From a bacterium (GTDB taxonomy: Bacteria; Patescibacteriota; Minisyncoccia; Minisyncoccales; UBA10102), in the NCBI GenBank assembly GCA_030647485.1, contig JAUSJT010000004.1, forward strand, positions 237,088 through 301,087: a stretch of DNA of 64,000 nucleotides. Reading direction: 5' to 3'. Position 1 is the first letter of the stretch. Each line of letters begins with the position of its first letter. The position numbers and the translations under genes are program-made. Below are positions 50,656-59,413 of the stretch, piece by piece. A model generated the notes under the pieces. It was given only the letters and a program-made list of their open reading frames with translations. It did not search any database and had not been told where the DNA came from.

Positions 50656-51003
50656 CTACCCTAGAAGCAGGCCTTTTACTGTTGCCAGCACCTGTGCTGG
50701 CGAAAACGGCTTTTGGAGGAATGCGTCTGGATTCCAGGGCAACCTTTCTCTTTCCCTCGCAGAGATTGATACGAGCTTTGCCCGAGGGAAAGAGCTTCGC
50801 AGAACGGCAGCTGCTTGAGCTCCAGAACCTCCAGAAAAATCCTCATCAAGAAACGCCACCATGGATGAGGAAAGACCAGGCAGCAAGTCACAGAATTCTT
50901 CATACGTTGTTGCCATAAGGAGCTTGGTATCGTTTCCCGTGAACGTTGCCCGGACAAGCTTCAGAATGTTTTCCTCGTCTTCTACAACAAGCACTGTCAG
51001 CAT
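50656..51003 (-). CDS. Single-domain response regulator (CheY-like receiver)
   Basis: VLVVEDEE, FLDEDF and LQKPF supply the acidic pocket, phospho-acceptor Asp and conserved Lys. ATG 51003 has GGAGG 5 nt upstream. Confidence 0.75.
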   Translation of the reverse strand: MLTVLVVEDEENILKLVRATFTGNDTKLLMATTYEEFCDLLPGLSSSMVAFLDEDFSGGSGAQAAAVLRSSFPRAKLVSISARERERLPWNPDAFLQKPFSPAQVLATVKGLLLG

Positions 51004-51040
51004 ATATCCTCCTTCCAATATTTATTCCCCAGGGGGTAGT

Positions 51041-51175
51041 TCACTTGCCGTTATAAGCGAGCCTACCGCACTCTGGACAGGTTGCTATGCGTCCATTGCC
51101 GTACCGGACAGGCCTAACCTCAACCTTCTTTCTACAAGAGATACAAACTACCTCTTTCTTTTCTTCTTCCATCAT
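51041..51175 (-). CDS. Small zinc-ribbon protein (44 aa)
   Basis: Hand-read: MMEEEKKEVVCISCRKKVEVRPVRYGNGRIATCPECGRLAYNGK*. Has CxxC...CxxC. Lies directly upstream of the response regulator. Confidence 0.5.
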   Translation of the reverse strand: MMEEEKKEVVCISCRKKVEVRPVRYGNGRIATCPECGRLAYNGK

Positions 51176-51245
51176 TTCTTCTCCCTTCTGTAACCTTTAA
51201 GCTAAATCTTTACTACCATACTTTTCCAGTTTTGTCAAACAAGGT

Positions 51246-51296
51246 GGAACGTAAGAACGTTAATTTTGCCCTGCAAAATTTTACGTTCAACGTTCC
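51246..51296. promoter_or_regulatory. Composite palindrome GGAACGT-aa-GAACGT ... ACGTTC-a-ACGTTCC around an inner TTTTGC/GCAAAA hairpin
   Basis: Four GAACGT half-sites arranged as an inverted pair of tandem repeats, 70-120 nt upstream of the zinc-ribbon/response-regulator operon. Confidence 0.4.
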
Positions 51297-51330
51297 GACA
51301 GCGTTTAAATTTTCTGCAAATTTATTACGC

Positions 51331-51355
51331 TGTGTCCCCGCCGCGATTGGAACGC
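51331..51355 (-). repeat. Duplicated 3' end of tRNA-Lys (acceptor 3' strand + T-loop), 24/25 identical to 51486-51510
   Basis: TGTGTCCCCGCCGCGATTgGAACGC versus TGTGTCCCCGCCGCGATTcGAACGC, 155 nt apart and in direct orientation. Confidence 0.85.
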
Positions 51356-51450
51356 ATCGCTACGCTCTTGGGAACCCCTCGGTTCCCATATTCCGCCACG
51401 GGAAAGAATACTTCTTTCCCGACCCCTTTCTTGCGTTCGAATCGCAAAGA

Positions 51451-51479
51451 CACAAAACAAACACGCCCATACGGGCGTG
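51451..51479 (-). terminator. Rho-independent terminator after tRNA-Lys
   Basis: On the - strand, CACGCCC-guau-GGGCGUG is followed by TTTGTTTTGTG. Confidence 0.65.
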
Positions 51480-51489
51480 CTGTTTTGTG

Positions 51490-51561
51490 TGTCCCCGCCG
51501 CGATTCGAACGCGGAACCACTTCCTTAAAAGGGAATTGCTCTACCGTTGAGCTACGGGGAC
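51490..51561 (-). tRNA. tRNA-Lys (anticodon UUU), CCA not encoded
   Basis: Hand-folded cloverleaf. Acceptor GTCCCCG/CGGGGAC, D arm GCTC-aacggta-GAGC, anticodon loop CTTTTAA, T arm CCGCG-TTCGAAT-CGCGG. Confidence 0.9.
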
Positions 51562-51585
51562 AAAAAGCAAACTGCTTTGCTTTTT
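51562..51585. terminator. Perfect 10-bp A/T-flanked hairpin AAAAAGCAAA-ctgc-TTTGCTTTTT (bidirectional terminator-like)
   Basis: Lies directly next to the tRNA-Lys 5' end, between dnaJ and the tRNA. Confidence 0.45.
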
Positions 51586-51692
51586 GTGGGTTTGCCCGCC
51601 CGAGTCCTCGAGGGCGGAATCATGCAAACCCAGGGCCTGTTTTGGAAAACTGCGGCACGCACATCGTTTTCTAAAACAGGATTAACAAATTA

Positions 51693-52790
51693 TCAAATAC
51701 CCTCCTTCTGTAATTTCTCCAATAACTCTCTCTGCTCTTGGGTGAGTTTCTTTGGCAGTTTGAACTGCATCTCTATATTCATACTCCCCCTCCCCAATCC
51801 TGCAAAGTGCGGAATCCCCTTTCCTGGAACCTTCAATATCTTACCCGATTCTGTCCCAGGAGCAATAGCCACAAGAATCGGGGTGCCTTCAATTGTAGGA
51901 ACCTCAACCTCGTCTCCAAGCACAGCTTGAGAGAACAGAATAGGCATGCGCACAAAAAGATCATCCCCATTTCTCTGAAACACCGGGTGTGGCTTTACAT
52001 GAATACGGATATACAAGTCTCCTGACTTTCCTTTTCTCCTCCCTGCCTCTCCCTTCTCCGCTATCTTGAGGATCTGATTGGAATCAATACCAGCCGGAAT
52101 CTGCACCTTTATGGTTTCTTGCCCTTTTATCCTCCCTTCTCCCTTGCATACATTGCACGGCTTTTCAGGCTGCAGACCCTCTCCCTCGCATTCGGGGCAC
52201 ATTCCCCCTCTCGTGAAAGAACCAAATATGGTGCGCTGTATTCTTTGCACCTGGCCTGTGCCTCGGCATGAAAAACACTCTTTCACCCTGCTTGCTGGTT
52301 CCGCTCCCACTCCCTGGCACCGAGAGCACGTGATAAACCTTGAAAGAGGGATAACCTCTTCCTTTCTTTGCAAAGTTGCCTCCAAGGGAATCTCGAGCTC
52401 TAACTCCATGTCTTTTCCTCGTCTCAAGTCTTTCCCTCGCGCGTCTTGACCCCCAAAGAAATCCTCAAAGATATCTCCTACATCAAAATCAAAGGCGAAT
52501 CCCGAAGATCCATCCTCGTCTCCAGCCTCTGCTCCGGGAAACCCCCATCTAAATCCTCCAAATCCCTCCTGGCCAGATCCTCCCTCAAAGACCCTTCCGA
52601 ACTTGTCATACTGGGCCCGCTTATCCTCATTAGAAAGAATCTGGTAGGCTTCTGAAACCTCCTTAAACTTTTTCTCGTCCCCTCCCTTATCAGGATGGAA
52701 TTGATGGGCAAGACGGCGATACGCCTTCTTAATATCTTCCTGCGTGGCGCCTTTTGCTATCCCAAGAATTTGATAATAATCTTTTGTCAT
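51693..52790 (-). CDS. dnaJ: Molecular chaperone DnaJ
   Basis: J domain with HPD (QFHPDK), a G/F region and four CxxCxGxG zinc motifs. Confidence 0.95.
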   Translation of the reverse strand: MTKDYYQILGIAKGATQEDIKKAYRRLAHQFHPDKGGDEKKFKEVSEAYQILSNEDKRAQYDKFGRVFEGGSGQEGFGGFRWGFPGAEAGDEDGSSGFAFDFDVGDIFEDFFGGQDARGKDLRRGKDMELELEIPLEATLQRKEEVIPLSRFITCSRCQGVGAEPASRVKECFSCRGTGQVQRIQRTIFGSFTRGGMCPECEGEGLQPEKPCNVCKGEGRIKGQETIKVQIPAGIDSNQILKIAEKGEAGRRKGKSGDLYIRIHVKPHPVFQRNGDDLFVRMPILFSQAVLGDEVEVPTIEGTPILVAIAPGTESGKILKVPGKGIPHFAGLGRGSMNIEMQFKLPKKLTQEQRELLEKLQKEGI

Positions 52791-52795
52791 AAAAA

Positions 52796-54613
52796 TTATT
52801 TAGGCGGATTCTGGTCTTTGTACATTGCGGCTCCCGCCTTTTGAATGGCCTGGGAAAGCTCCTCTGTTGTTCTCTTTATTTCTTCAACACTATCACTTTC
52901 TTTCGCCTTCTTCAACAAATCAAGCTTCTCTGCAATATCTTTCTTGAGATCTTCTACAATTTTGTCACCCGCATCCCGCAAAGTCTTTTCAACCGTATAT
53001 ACCAGGGTATCTGCGGTATTTTTAGCCTCAACTAAGTCTTTGCGCTTTCTGTCTTCTTCTTCGTGCATCTCTGCCGCTTTTCTCATCTGCTCCACTTCTT
53101 CTTTTGACATGCCTGTGGACCCTTCAATACGAATACTCTGGGTTGTTTGGCTCGCCTTGTCTTTTGCCGTAACGTTCAAAATGCCATTAGCATCAATATC
53201 AAAGGTTACCTCAACCTGCGGGACGCCCCTGGAAGCTGGAGGAAGACCGTCTAGGATAAACCTGCCCAAAGACTTGTTATCTTGCGCCAAGGGACGCTCC
53301 CCTTGCACCACATGAACTTCTACTGAAGTTTGGTTGTCTGCCGCAGTAGAGAATGTCTGGCTTTTAGACGTAGGGATGGTGGTGTTCTTTTGGATAAGAA
53401 CGGTATTAACACCTCCCAATGTCTCAATACCCAAAGAAAGCGGAGTAACGTCCAAGAGCAGCACGTCTTTCACTTCTCCCTGTAATATTCCGCCCTGTAT
53501 GGCGGCTCCCAAGGCAACCACTTCGTCTGGATTAATAGACTTATTGGGCTCTTTGCCGAATAACGCTTTTACCGCTTCTTGCATGGCGGGCATTCTAGTC
53601 TGGCCTCCAACTAACACTATCTCGTCAATGTCTTTGGGAGAAAACTTCGCCTCCTGCAGAGTTTGCTTTACCAGCGCAATGGACTTGTCTATGTATTCTC
53701 GCACCAGGTTCTCTAACTGCGCGCGGGTCATCTTATAGTACAGGTGTTTAGGGCCTTCGGCTCCAGAAGTAATGAACGGAAGGTTGATTTCGGTTTCCAA
53801 AGAAGTGGAAAGCTCTATTTTTGCCTTTTCTCCGGCTTCTTTCAAGCGTTGCAAAGCCAGAGGATCTTTTGAAAGATCAATGCCCTGTTCTTTCTGGAAC
53901 TGTTCAATAATCCACTCCATGACCTTCTGGTCAAAATCCTCTCCTCCCAGGTGCGTGTCCCCTCCTGTTGCCTTTACTTCTATAGTATCTGCTGAAACCT
54001 CAAGAATGGATATGTCAAAGGTGCCTCCCCCAAAGTCATACACAACTATTCTCTCGTCTTTCTTCTTGTTCAATCCATAGGCCAATGCCGCAGCAGTAGG
54101 CTCGTTGAGTACGCGCTTTACATCCAACCCTGCGATTTCCCCTGCAACCTTAGTTGCCTTTCTCTGGCTGTCGTCAAAGTATGCGGGAACTGTGATAATG
54201 GCTTCTGTGATTTTTTCTCCTAGCTTTTCTTCTGCGTCTTGCTTGAGCTTACGCAAAACCATGGCAGAAATTTCAGCTGGCTTATACCATTTCTCACCCA
54301 TGCGCACTTCTACTCCTCCGTCTTGCGCCTCTTTAACCTCAAAAGGAAGCATTTTCTTGTCTTGCTGAACCGAAGCGTCAGAAAACCTACGGCCCATAAG
54401 GCGCTTTACCTGAAAGAGCGTGTTCTGGGGATTGGTTATCTGCTGGCGCCTTGCTTGAATTCCTACAAGAATTTCCCCGCTCTTTGCCATGGCAATAACC
54501 GAAGGAGTAGTCCTTGCCCCTTCCCTATTCTCAATTATCTTTGGCTCTCCTCCTTCCATAACCGCTATTTCAGAGAGCGTTGTCCCCAAATCAATTCCTA
54601 CAATTTTTGACAT
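52796..54613 (-). CDS. dnaK: Molecular chaperone DnaK (Hsp70)
   Basis: [16 protein letters not shown] and [10 protein letters not shown] signatures; 605 aa. Confidence 0.95.
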   Translation of the reverse strand: MSKIVGIDLGTTLSEIAVMEGGEPKIIENREGARTTPSVIAMAKSGEILVGIQARRQQITNPQNTLFQVKRLMGRRFSDASVQQDKKMLPFEVKEAQDGGVEVRMGEKWYKPAEISAMVLRKLKQDAEEKLGEKITEAIITVPAYFDDSQRKATKVAGEIAGLDVKRVLNEPTAAALAYGLNKKKDERIVVYDFGGGTFDISILEVSADTIEVKATGGDTHLGGEDFDQKVMEWIIEQFQKEQGIDLSKDPLALQRLKEAGEKAKIELSTSLETEINLPFITSGAEGPKHLYYKMTRAQLENLVREYIDKSIALVKQTLQEAKFSPKDIDEIVLVGGQTRMPAMQEAVKALFGKEPNKSINPDEVVALGAAIQGGILQGEVKDVLLLDVTPLSLGIETLGGVNTVLIQKNTTIPTSKSQTFSTAADNQTSVEVHVVQGERPLAQDNKSLGRFILDGLPPASRGVPQVEVTFDIDANGILNVTAKDKASQTTQSIRIEGSTGMSKEEVEQMRKAAEMHEEEDRKRKDLVEAKNTADTLVYTVEKTLRDAGDKIVEDLKKDIAEKLDLLKKAKESDSVEEIKRTTEELSQAIQKAGAAMYKDQNPPK

Positions 54614-54771
54614 GTCATTTTTCTTTAATATTGCTTATGCGAGATGATGTGTATTCTGCAAGCTCTCGGAAATGTTTTGGCATGGTTCTGAGCGCAGCGA
54701 AGACAAAACATTGAGAGTGCAGGCCCCAAAATCTCGCAGGGATTTTGAGGGACGGTTGCCAAGAATGCACA

Positions 54772-55245
54772 TCATCGAGCAATCTTCACCTTTGCGGGAC
54801 GGATAAGTTTTCCGTGCAGGGTGTATCCCTTCAAAAGAACCTCAACTATCGTTCCTGGCTCTGCTCCTTCTTTTGCAACTTCCCCTGCCGCCTCATGGAA
54901 CTCTGGATTGAACTTTTGTCCTTCTGTTTTGAGTTCTTCCACTTGGTGGTCTTTCAAGAAACGCTTTACCAGCATAGCTATTTGCAAGAATCCCTTGGAT
55001 ACTATGTCTTCCCTGTCTTTCAGTTGCGCCAGGGCAAACTCCAGATTATCTGCTATAGGCAGAAGCTCTGCGAGCAGTTCTTCTTCTGAAAACTTAATGA
55101 ACTCTCGCATGCGTTCTCGCTCTTCTTTCTTGTGATTCATAAAATCCGCCCGCGCCCTCTGCCATCCTGCCAAGTATTCATCCCGCTGCGATTTCGTTTC
55201 CTCCAATTCCTTTTGTTGTAATTCTTCTGTCTTTACTTCTTCCAT
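54772..55245 (-). CDS. grpE: Nucleotide exchange factor GrpE
   Basis: 157 aa. RARADFMNHKKE, and a C-terminal ...VLLKGYTLHGKLIRPAKV. Confidence 0.9.
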   Translation of the reverse strand: MEEVKTEELQQKELEETKSQRDEYLAGWQRARADFMNHKKEERERMREFIKFSEEELLAELLPIADNLEFALAQLKDREDIVSKGFLQIAMLVKRFLKDHQVEELKTEGQKFNPEFHEAAGEVAKEGAEPGTIVEVLLKGYTLHGKLIRPAKVKIAR

Positions 55246-55934
55246 ATTCTTGAAAACGCGTTAAGTAAATGGATATTCTTTGGGTATTCCATGCGCTTTG
55301 GCCCCAGCAACGCAACCATTCCTCTGCCGCGCCCTGGGAAACTGCACTCGGCAATCATTATACTAAAATCCGTAACTTTTGAAAAAGGATTCTCTTTCCC
55401 TATAAACACCTGAATGCCTTCTTGAGAGGACATGGTGGCCACATTCTTCTCAAAATCATTCAAGAACTTTGTGAAACTTCTGATAGATTCCTGCTCCTCA
55501 AACTCGGGTTCTTGGAGCATATCTTCCCACCCTTCTTTAAAAAACAAAGATGTGTTCTCCATATACAGCGCAGCCAACCCTGAACTTTCGCTCGCTAAAG
55601 CTCTCGCCGCATACGCGGCAAACTCCAAAGCGTCTGTGACTTCTTTCTCAAACACATCCTCCCATTTCCTTGACGCTTGCAGCTTCTCTTTCTTTGACAC
55701 CCCGTCTACGAAAAACCGGTATCCCCTGTCAGTAGGAACCCTCCCAGCTGAAGTATGCGGCTGGGCCAGATATCCTCTTTCAGAGAGCGTCTGCAATTCA
55801 TTCCTAATGGTAGCAGGACTTACGCCAAAATCGTATCTTTCCTCAAGATACTGGGAGCTGATGGGCTGGGCAAACCTGATGTATTCGGAAATGAGACTAT
55901 CTAATATATCCTCTTGTCGTACGGTAAGATTCAT
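55233..55934 (-). CDS. hrcA: Heat-inducible transcription repressor HrcA (short form)
   Basis: LTVRQEDILDSLISEYIRFAQPISSQYL... is a wHTH. It is first in the hrcA-grpE-dnaK-dnaJ operon. ATG 55934 chosen over the TTG at 55952. Confidence 0.8.
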   Translation of the reverse strand: MNLTVRQEDILDSLISEYIRFAQPISSQYLEERYDFGVSPATIRNELQTLSERGYLAQPHTSAGRVPTDRGYRFFVDGVSKKEKLQASRKWEDVFEKEVTDALEFAAYAARALASESSGLAALYMENTSLFFKEGWEDMLQEPEFEEQESIRSFTKFLNDFEKNVATMSSQEGIQVFIGKENPFSKVTDFSIMIAECSFPGRGRGMVALLGPKRMEYPKNIHLLNAFSRIWKK

Positions 55935-55958
55935 TACGCTATAATACCTCAAGAGAAA

Positions 55959-55985
55959 TTAGCAGTCAAGACCCATGACTGCTAA
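55959..55985. promoter_or_regulatory. CIRCE-like operator TTAGCAGTC-N9-GACTGCTAA
   Basis: Perfect 9-bp inverted repeat with a 9-nt spacer, 25 nt upstream of hrcA. Differs from the consensus TTAGCACTC-N9-GAGTGCTAA at one position per arm. Confidence 0.8.
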
Positions 55986-56042
55986 GTCCACTCTGTGGAT
56001 AAACTACTAGGGATACTCTCCCTGGTCTGATATACTATCAGA

Positions 56043-56957
56043 ATGCATACCATTCTTAAGGGTCCAAGCGTTACCTGGATTGATATTCAAGATCCCCAAA
56101 AAGAGGATATTGAGTATTTGCAAAAAGAGTTCAACTTCCACCCCTTAGTCTTAGATCAGATCATTCCTCCTTCATGGAGCACAAAAGTTGAGGTATTCCC
56201 CGACCACCTTCTTTTGATACTCTTTTTCCCTTCCTACAATAAAGAGAAACGAGAGAGCCGCCCCCGAGAGCTCGACATCATTGCCACTAAAGACATTCTG
56301 GTAACATCCCACTACAACTCCATTGTTCCCCTCAAAGAGGTGCTTCATCAATGCAATCTGCACAAGGAAGAACAAGCAAAGTGGATGGCGCAAGGAACAG
56401 GATACCTTCTACATCACCTACTTCATGCGTTATGGGAAGACTGCAGTGCCAAGGTGAATAGAATAGACCAAAAGCTCACCCGTATTGAGGAGTCCATGTT
56501 CCAGGGGAAAGAACGGGAAATGCTAAAAGAAATCTCCATTATAAAGGCTGACATTATAAACTTTTGGAAAATCGTGCGCCCTCAAAAAGGCATCTTCACT
56601 TCCTTGAGAGACATTTCCGGAGAATTCTTCGGACCCCAACTCACCCCCTACTTTTCCCATATGAGAAATCATTGGGCGCGGGTGGCAAGCAGCTTGCTTG
56701 CGAACAAAGAAACCATAGAAGCCCTTGAAGACACCAACAACGCCCTCTTAAGCCACAAAACAAACGAGATTATGAAAGTGCTTACGATGTTTTCCGTAGT
56801 GCTTTTGCCGCTCACCCTTATTGCGGGAATCTTCAGCATGAATACCAAACTTCTCCCTATTACTGGAATGCCAAACGATTTCTGGATTCTTTTTGGCATT
56901 ATGGTAACCTGCGCCTTGCTGACAATCGGATACTTCAAGAAGAAAAAGTGGCTCTAA
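56043..56957 (+). CDS. corA: CorA-family divalent cation transporter
   Basis: 304 aa. A soluble N-domain plus two C-terminal TM helices. The GMN position reads SMN (GIFSMNTK). Confidence 0.65.
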   Translation: MHTILKGPSVTWIDIQDPQKEDIEYLQKEFNFHPLVLDQIIPPSWSTKVEVFPDHLLLILFFPSYNKEKRESRPRELDIIATKDILVTSHYNSIVPLKEVLHQCNLHKEEQAKWMAQGTGYLLHHLLHALWEDCSAKVNRIDQKLTRIEESMFQGKEREMLKEISIIKADIINFWKIVRPQKGIFTSLRDISGEFFGPQLTPYFSHMRNHWARVASSLLANKETIEALEDTNNALLSHKTNEIMKVLTMFSVVLLPLTLIAGIFSMNTKLLPITGMPNDFWILFGIMVTCALLTIGYFKKKKWL

Positions 56958-57054
56958 ACACACTAGCGATTCCGGAAACTTATCCGGCCTAGATTATCCA
57001 TGACAAGAAAAGACCCGTCCTCATGAGGGCGGGCTTTGCTGAAAGAACAAACTA

Positions 57055-57462
57055 CTAGTCGTTTCGGGTATACCCCGCAACATTGGTTATCCTTTCAGAC
57101 AATTTGGTGGAAGGAACATCGAGGTCAAGCACGAACTCCTCTCCGAGCTGGGCTACCGCCTCTCTATCTTTTTTGTTGATCCACTCCTCTGAAAATTGAA
57201 TCCAGCTCCCCCTATTGTCTATAACTCTCATTACTCCTTCACTCGACCGAAGGATAAAGAGCCATTCCTCCACCTCGGGGCAAAGACCCGTCTCTTCATT
57301 TCGTCGAGAGAATCCGACAAAGATATCAGGATACTGACCCCGTAGCAAAAGAATGGCTTCGCTCCATTCTTTTGCCTCCATCGTCCAGCAACGTCCAAAG
57401 GGCAAGATGCTGCAAAGCACATTAAGAACCAAAAGGGGCTTGGGGGGCGCAGCTTGAATCAT
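57055..57462 (-). CDS. Hypothetical protein (135 aa)
   Basis: ORF with AAGGAGG 7 nt before ATG 57462. No motif recognised. Confidence 0.45.
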   Translation of the reverse strand: MIQAAPPKPLLVLNVLCSILPFGRCWTMEAKEWSEAILLLRGQYPDIFVGFSRRNEETGLCPEVEEWLFILRSSEGVMRVIDNRGSWIQFSEEWINKKDREAVAQLGEEFVLDLDVPSTKLSERITNVAGYTRND

Positions 57463-57547
57463 GGGCAACCTCCTTACAAATCTATTGCGTATGACTAAAC
57501 ACTACAGCTACTGCAATAGTACTAAATAGTGCATTAAAAGCAAGGGG

Positions 57548-58342
57548 CTAGCGATATTTAAAGTACGCCTGATCCCCAAAACGCACGTCGATATATTCTA
57601 GCCTCCTCCTTTTTTCAGGAGGAATTTTATTCTCCAGCACAGTCTGAAGCTTCGTTATTTGCCAGGAGAGATCTTCCGTGTTCGTGAAGTACACGCTCCA
57701 TCCCTCTTTAGTGCGCGCATGAATCTGCGTTTCAGAAACAATCTCAAAAGAAGACTCACCCTGCATAAACAATGAGCGGTGCTCAGCTTCTCTGGCAAAT
57801 TCCAGGATTACGTAAAGAACATCTTTCTTTACAACCGCCTCTCTAAGATTCAAAGACTGACCTTGCCCATAAATCACTATGCTTTCTGGAGATGGTTCTG
57901 CCTCCTTGAATGCAACGCCTTCATTATCGATTGCAACGCAATGAAGTTTTTGGCAAAAAAGCGCGACCACTCCCCTTTCTCGCACAACAACGGTAAGGAT
58001 ATTTGGGAACTTCCTTTGTATATTCACCGATTCTAACTCGGGAATAGCTTCCAAGAGAGCGTTCCGTATGCCCAAAGTGTCAACCAAAAGAATGCTTGCG
58101 GTGGGAAAGAATAAGAACTTCCCCCAAAGGCGATCTAAGACTACGCTGTTTATATTATTCTCTGAAACGCTCTCGTTTCCTTTTATTCTCACTTCTTGGA
58201 TCTGAATAAAAGGGAGCAAGACAATACCATACAAAAGAAGCTCCGCGCATACAGCCACAGCTACTCCAAAGAGAAAGAAGCGATTCTTCAAAAAAGATTG
58301 CTTCTTTTTTATCTTTTTAAGCTTCCGGAACTCTTTTCTCAT
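57548..58342 (-). CDS. ftsQ: Cell division protein FtsQ/DivIB (POTRA domain)
   Basis: N-terminal TM helix, then a POTRA segment (IQEVRIKGNESVSENNI). 264 aa. Located in the division/cell-wall cluster. Confidence 0.7.
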   Translation of the reverse strand: MRKEFRKLKKIKKKQSFLKNRFFLFGVAVAVCAELLLYGIVLLPFIQIQEVRIKGNESVSENNINSVVLDRLWGKFLFFPTASILLVDTLGIRNALLEAIPELESVNIQRKFPNILTVVVRERGVVALFCQKLHCVAIDNEGVAFKEAEPSPESIVIYGQGQSLNLREAVVKKDVLYVILEFAREAEHRSLFMQGESSFEIVSETQIHARTKEGWSVYFTNTEDLSWQITKLQTVLENKIPPEKRRRLEYIDVRFGDQAYFKYR

Positions 58343-58346
58343 ATCA

Positions 58347-59387
58347 CTACAGATGGCGCCGTATCTTGCGCACCTTTTCGAATAACGCGGTAGGCAGGTA
58401 TTTCCAGCTCAAGGGCAAATCCTGGGTTTTCACGTATTCGTGGGCATCTCCTCCAAATCCCATTTTAAACAGCGTAGGCCCTGCCCAAGGATGATTGGGT
58501 TCTTTTTTAGGATCCACATATCCCCAAAAATCATAGAGAACACATCTCCTATTCTTTGTCTCCTTGATGGCTTCCCATTGCAAAAGATAAGGGATGGAAA
58601 GCTTTGCATATTGTGGCAAGGAAGCCGCATGGTGATAAAACCCAATGCCGGACCAGAATACCACAAAGGAGGCTGCGGCAATCTCGTCTTTGTACTTGCC
58701 AAAGAATATGGAAATGGCGTTGTCTTTTTGGAATACGGAAAATTCTTTTTCCAGGTATTCAAGAGAGAACGGAATAAATGCCTGCCGTTTTGATACCTTC
58801 TCATGCATTGCGCTGAATAACCGCACATCTTCCAAGCGGTTGCTCTGAAAAACAGTGATATCTGGATTCTGGGAGGCCTGGCGTATGAGGTACCTCGTTG
58901 TCTTTCTCATATCTAGTAAGAGCTCTGAACTTGGAGGAATGATGTTCAGCTTCCATGACGCTTCAGGGTGCATTTGAATGGGAGCGTCCCTGAATCCCAT
59001 GGTTTTGAATAACGAGATATTTTCAGGGCTCCTGCTCCATATGGGGTTTATGCGAATAAACCCCGCTTCTTCCTGCTTTGCAATTTGTTTTAGTTTCTCC
59101 ACTAAAACTTTTAAAACTTCCTGCCTGGAAACCGGCCTGCCCGCCACAGTCTCGATAGAGATGGGGCCGTGTGGAACCAGCAAAAAGGTTCCCCTCTTGG
59201 CCTTTACCTTCACCACAAGGGCTACTGCCATAAGATCTTTGCCTTCAAAAACTCCAAGGCGCCAAACCCTGTCTCTCATCATTTCCTGAAACTCTCCCCA
59301 ACTCCAAGACTGCAAAAACGTCTTGTCTTTGCATCCTGCAAGAAAACCCTCCCACTCTCCTTTACTTTGTATTTCCCGTATCTCCAT
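58347..59387 (-). CDS. FemAB-family peptidoglycan interpeptide-bridge aminoacyltransferase
   Basis: 346 aa. N-terminal ...WEGFLAGCKDKTFLQSWSWGEFQ... and the overall length are typical of FemX/FemAB proteins. Confidence 0.7.
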   Translation of the reverse strand: MEIREIQSKGEWEGFLAGCKDKTFLQSWSWGEFQEMMRDRVWRLGVFEGKDLMAVALVVKVKAKRGTFLLVPHGPISIETVAGRPVSRQEVLKVLVEKLKQIAKQEEAGFIRINPIWSRSPENISLFKTMGFRDAPIQMHPEASWKLNIIPPSSELLLDMRKTTRYLIRQASQNPDITVFQSNRLEDVRLFSAMHEKVSKRQAFIPFSLEYLEKEFSVFQKDNAISIFFGKYKDEIAAASFVVFWSGIGFYHHAASLPQYAKLSIPYLLQWEAIKETKNRRCVLYDFWGYVDPKKEPNHPWAGPTLFKMGFGGDAHEYVKTQDLPLSWKYLPTALFEKVRKIRRHL

Positions 59388-59394
59388 CTTCTTA

Positions 59395-59413
59395 AACTTA
59401 ATGGAATTAAGTT
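59395..59413. repeat. 19-nt palindrome AACTTAATGGAATTAAGTT (copy 3 of 3)
   Basis: Lies between the FemAB start and the DegT-type gene, and contains the DegT stop codon. Confidence 0.85.

Noticed and set aside
51331-51443. A plus-strand tRNA-like gene (TGTGTCC… acceptor-like 5' end pairing with …AGACACA after a TTGCG-TTCGAAT-CGCAA T-arm)
   Set aside because: It would be about 113 nt, with no credible D arm or anticodon arm. The 5' part is just the reverse strand of the duplicated tRNA-Lys 3' end.
51588-51680. SRP (4.5S) RNA or another known small RNA in the dnaJ-tRNA spacer
   Set aside because: It lacks the conserved SRP domain IV motifs (GGAA tetraloop with the AGCAGC/symmetric loop). Only generic hairpins are seen. 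It is reported as an unexplained structure instead.
14079-56002. Replication origin, inferred from four perfect DnaA boxes
   Set aside because: The boxes are 17-25 kb apart rather than clustered. There is no dnaA/dnaN and no AT-rich unwinding element nearby. Two boxes are part of a repeated hairpin element.
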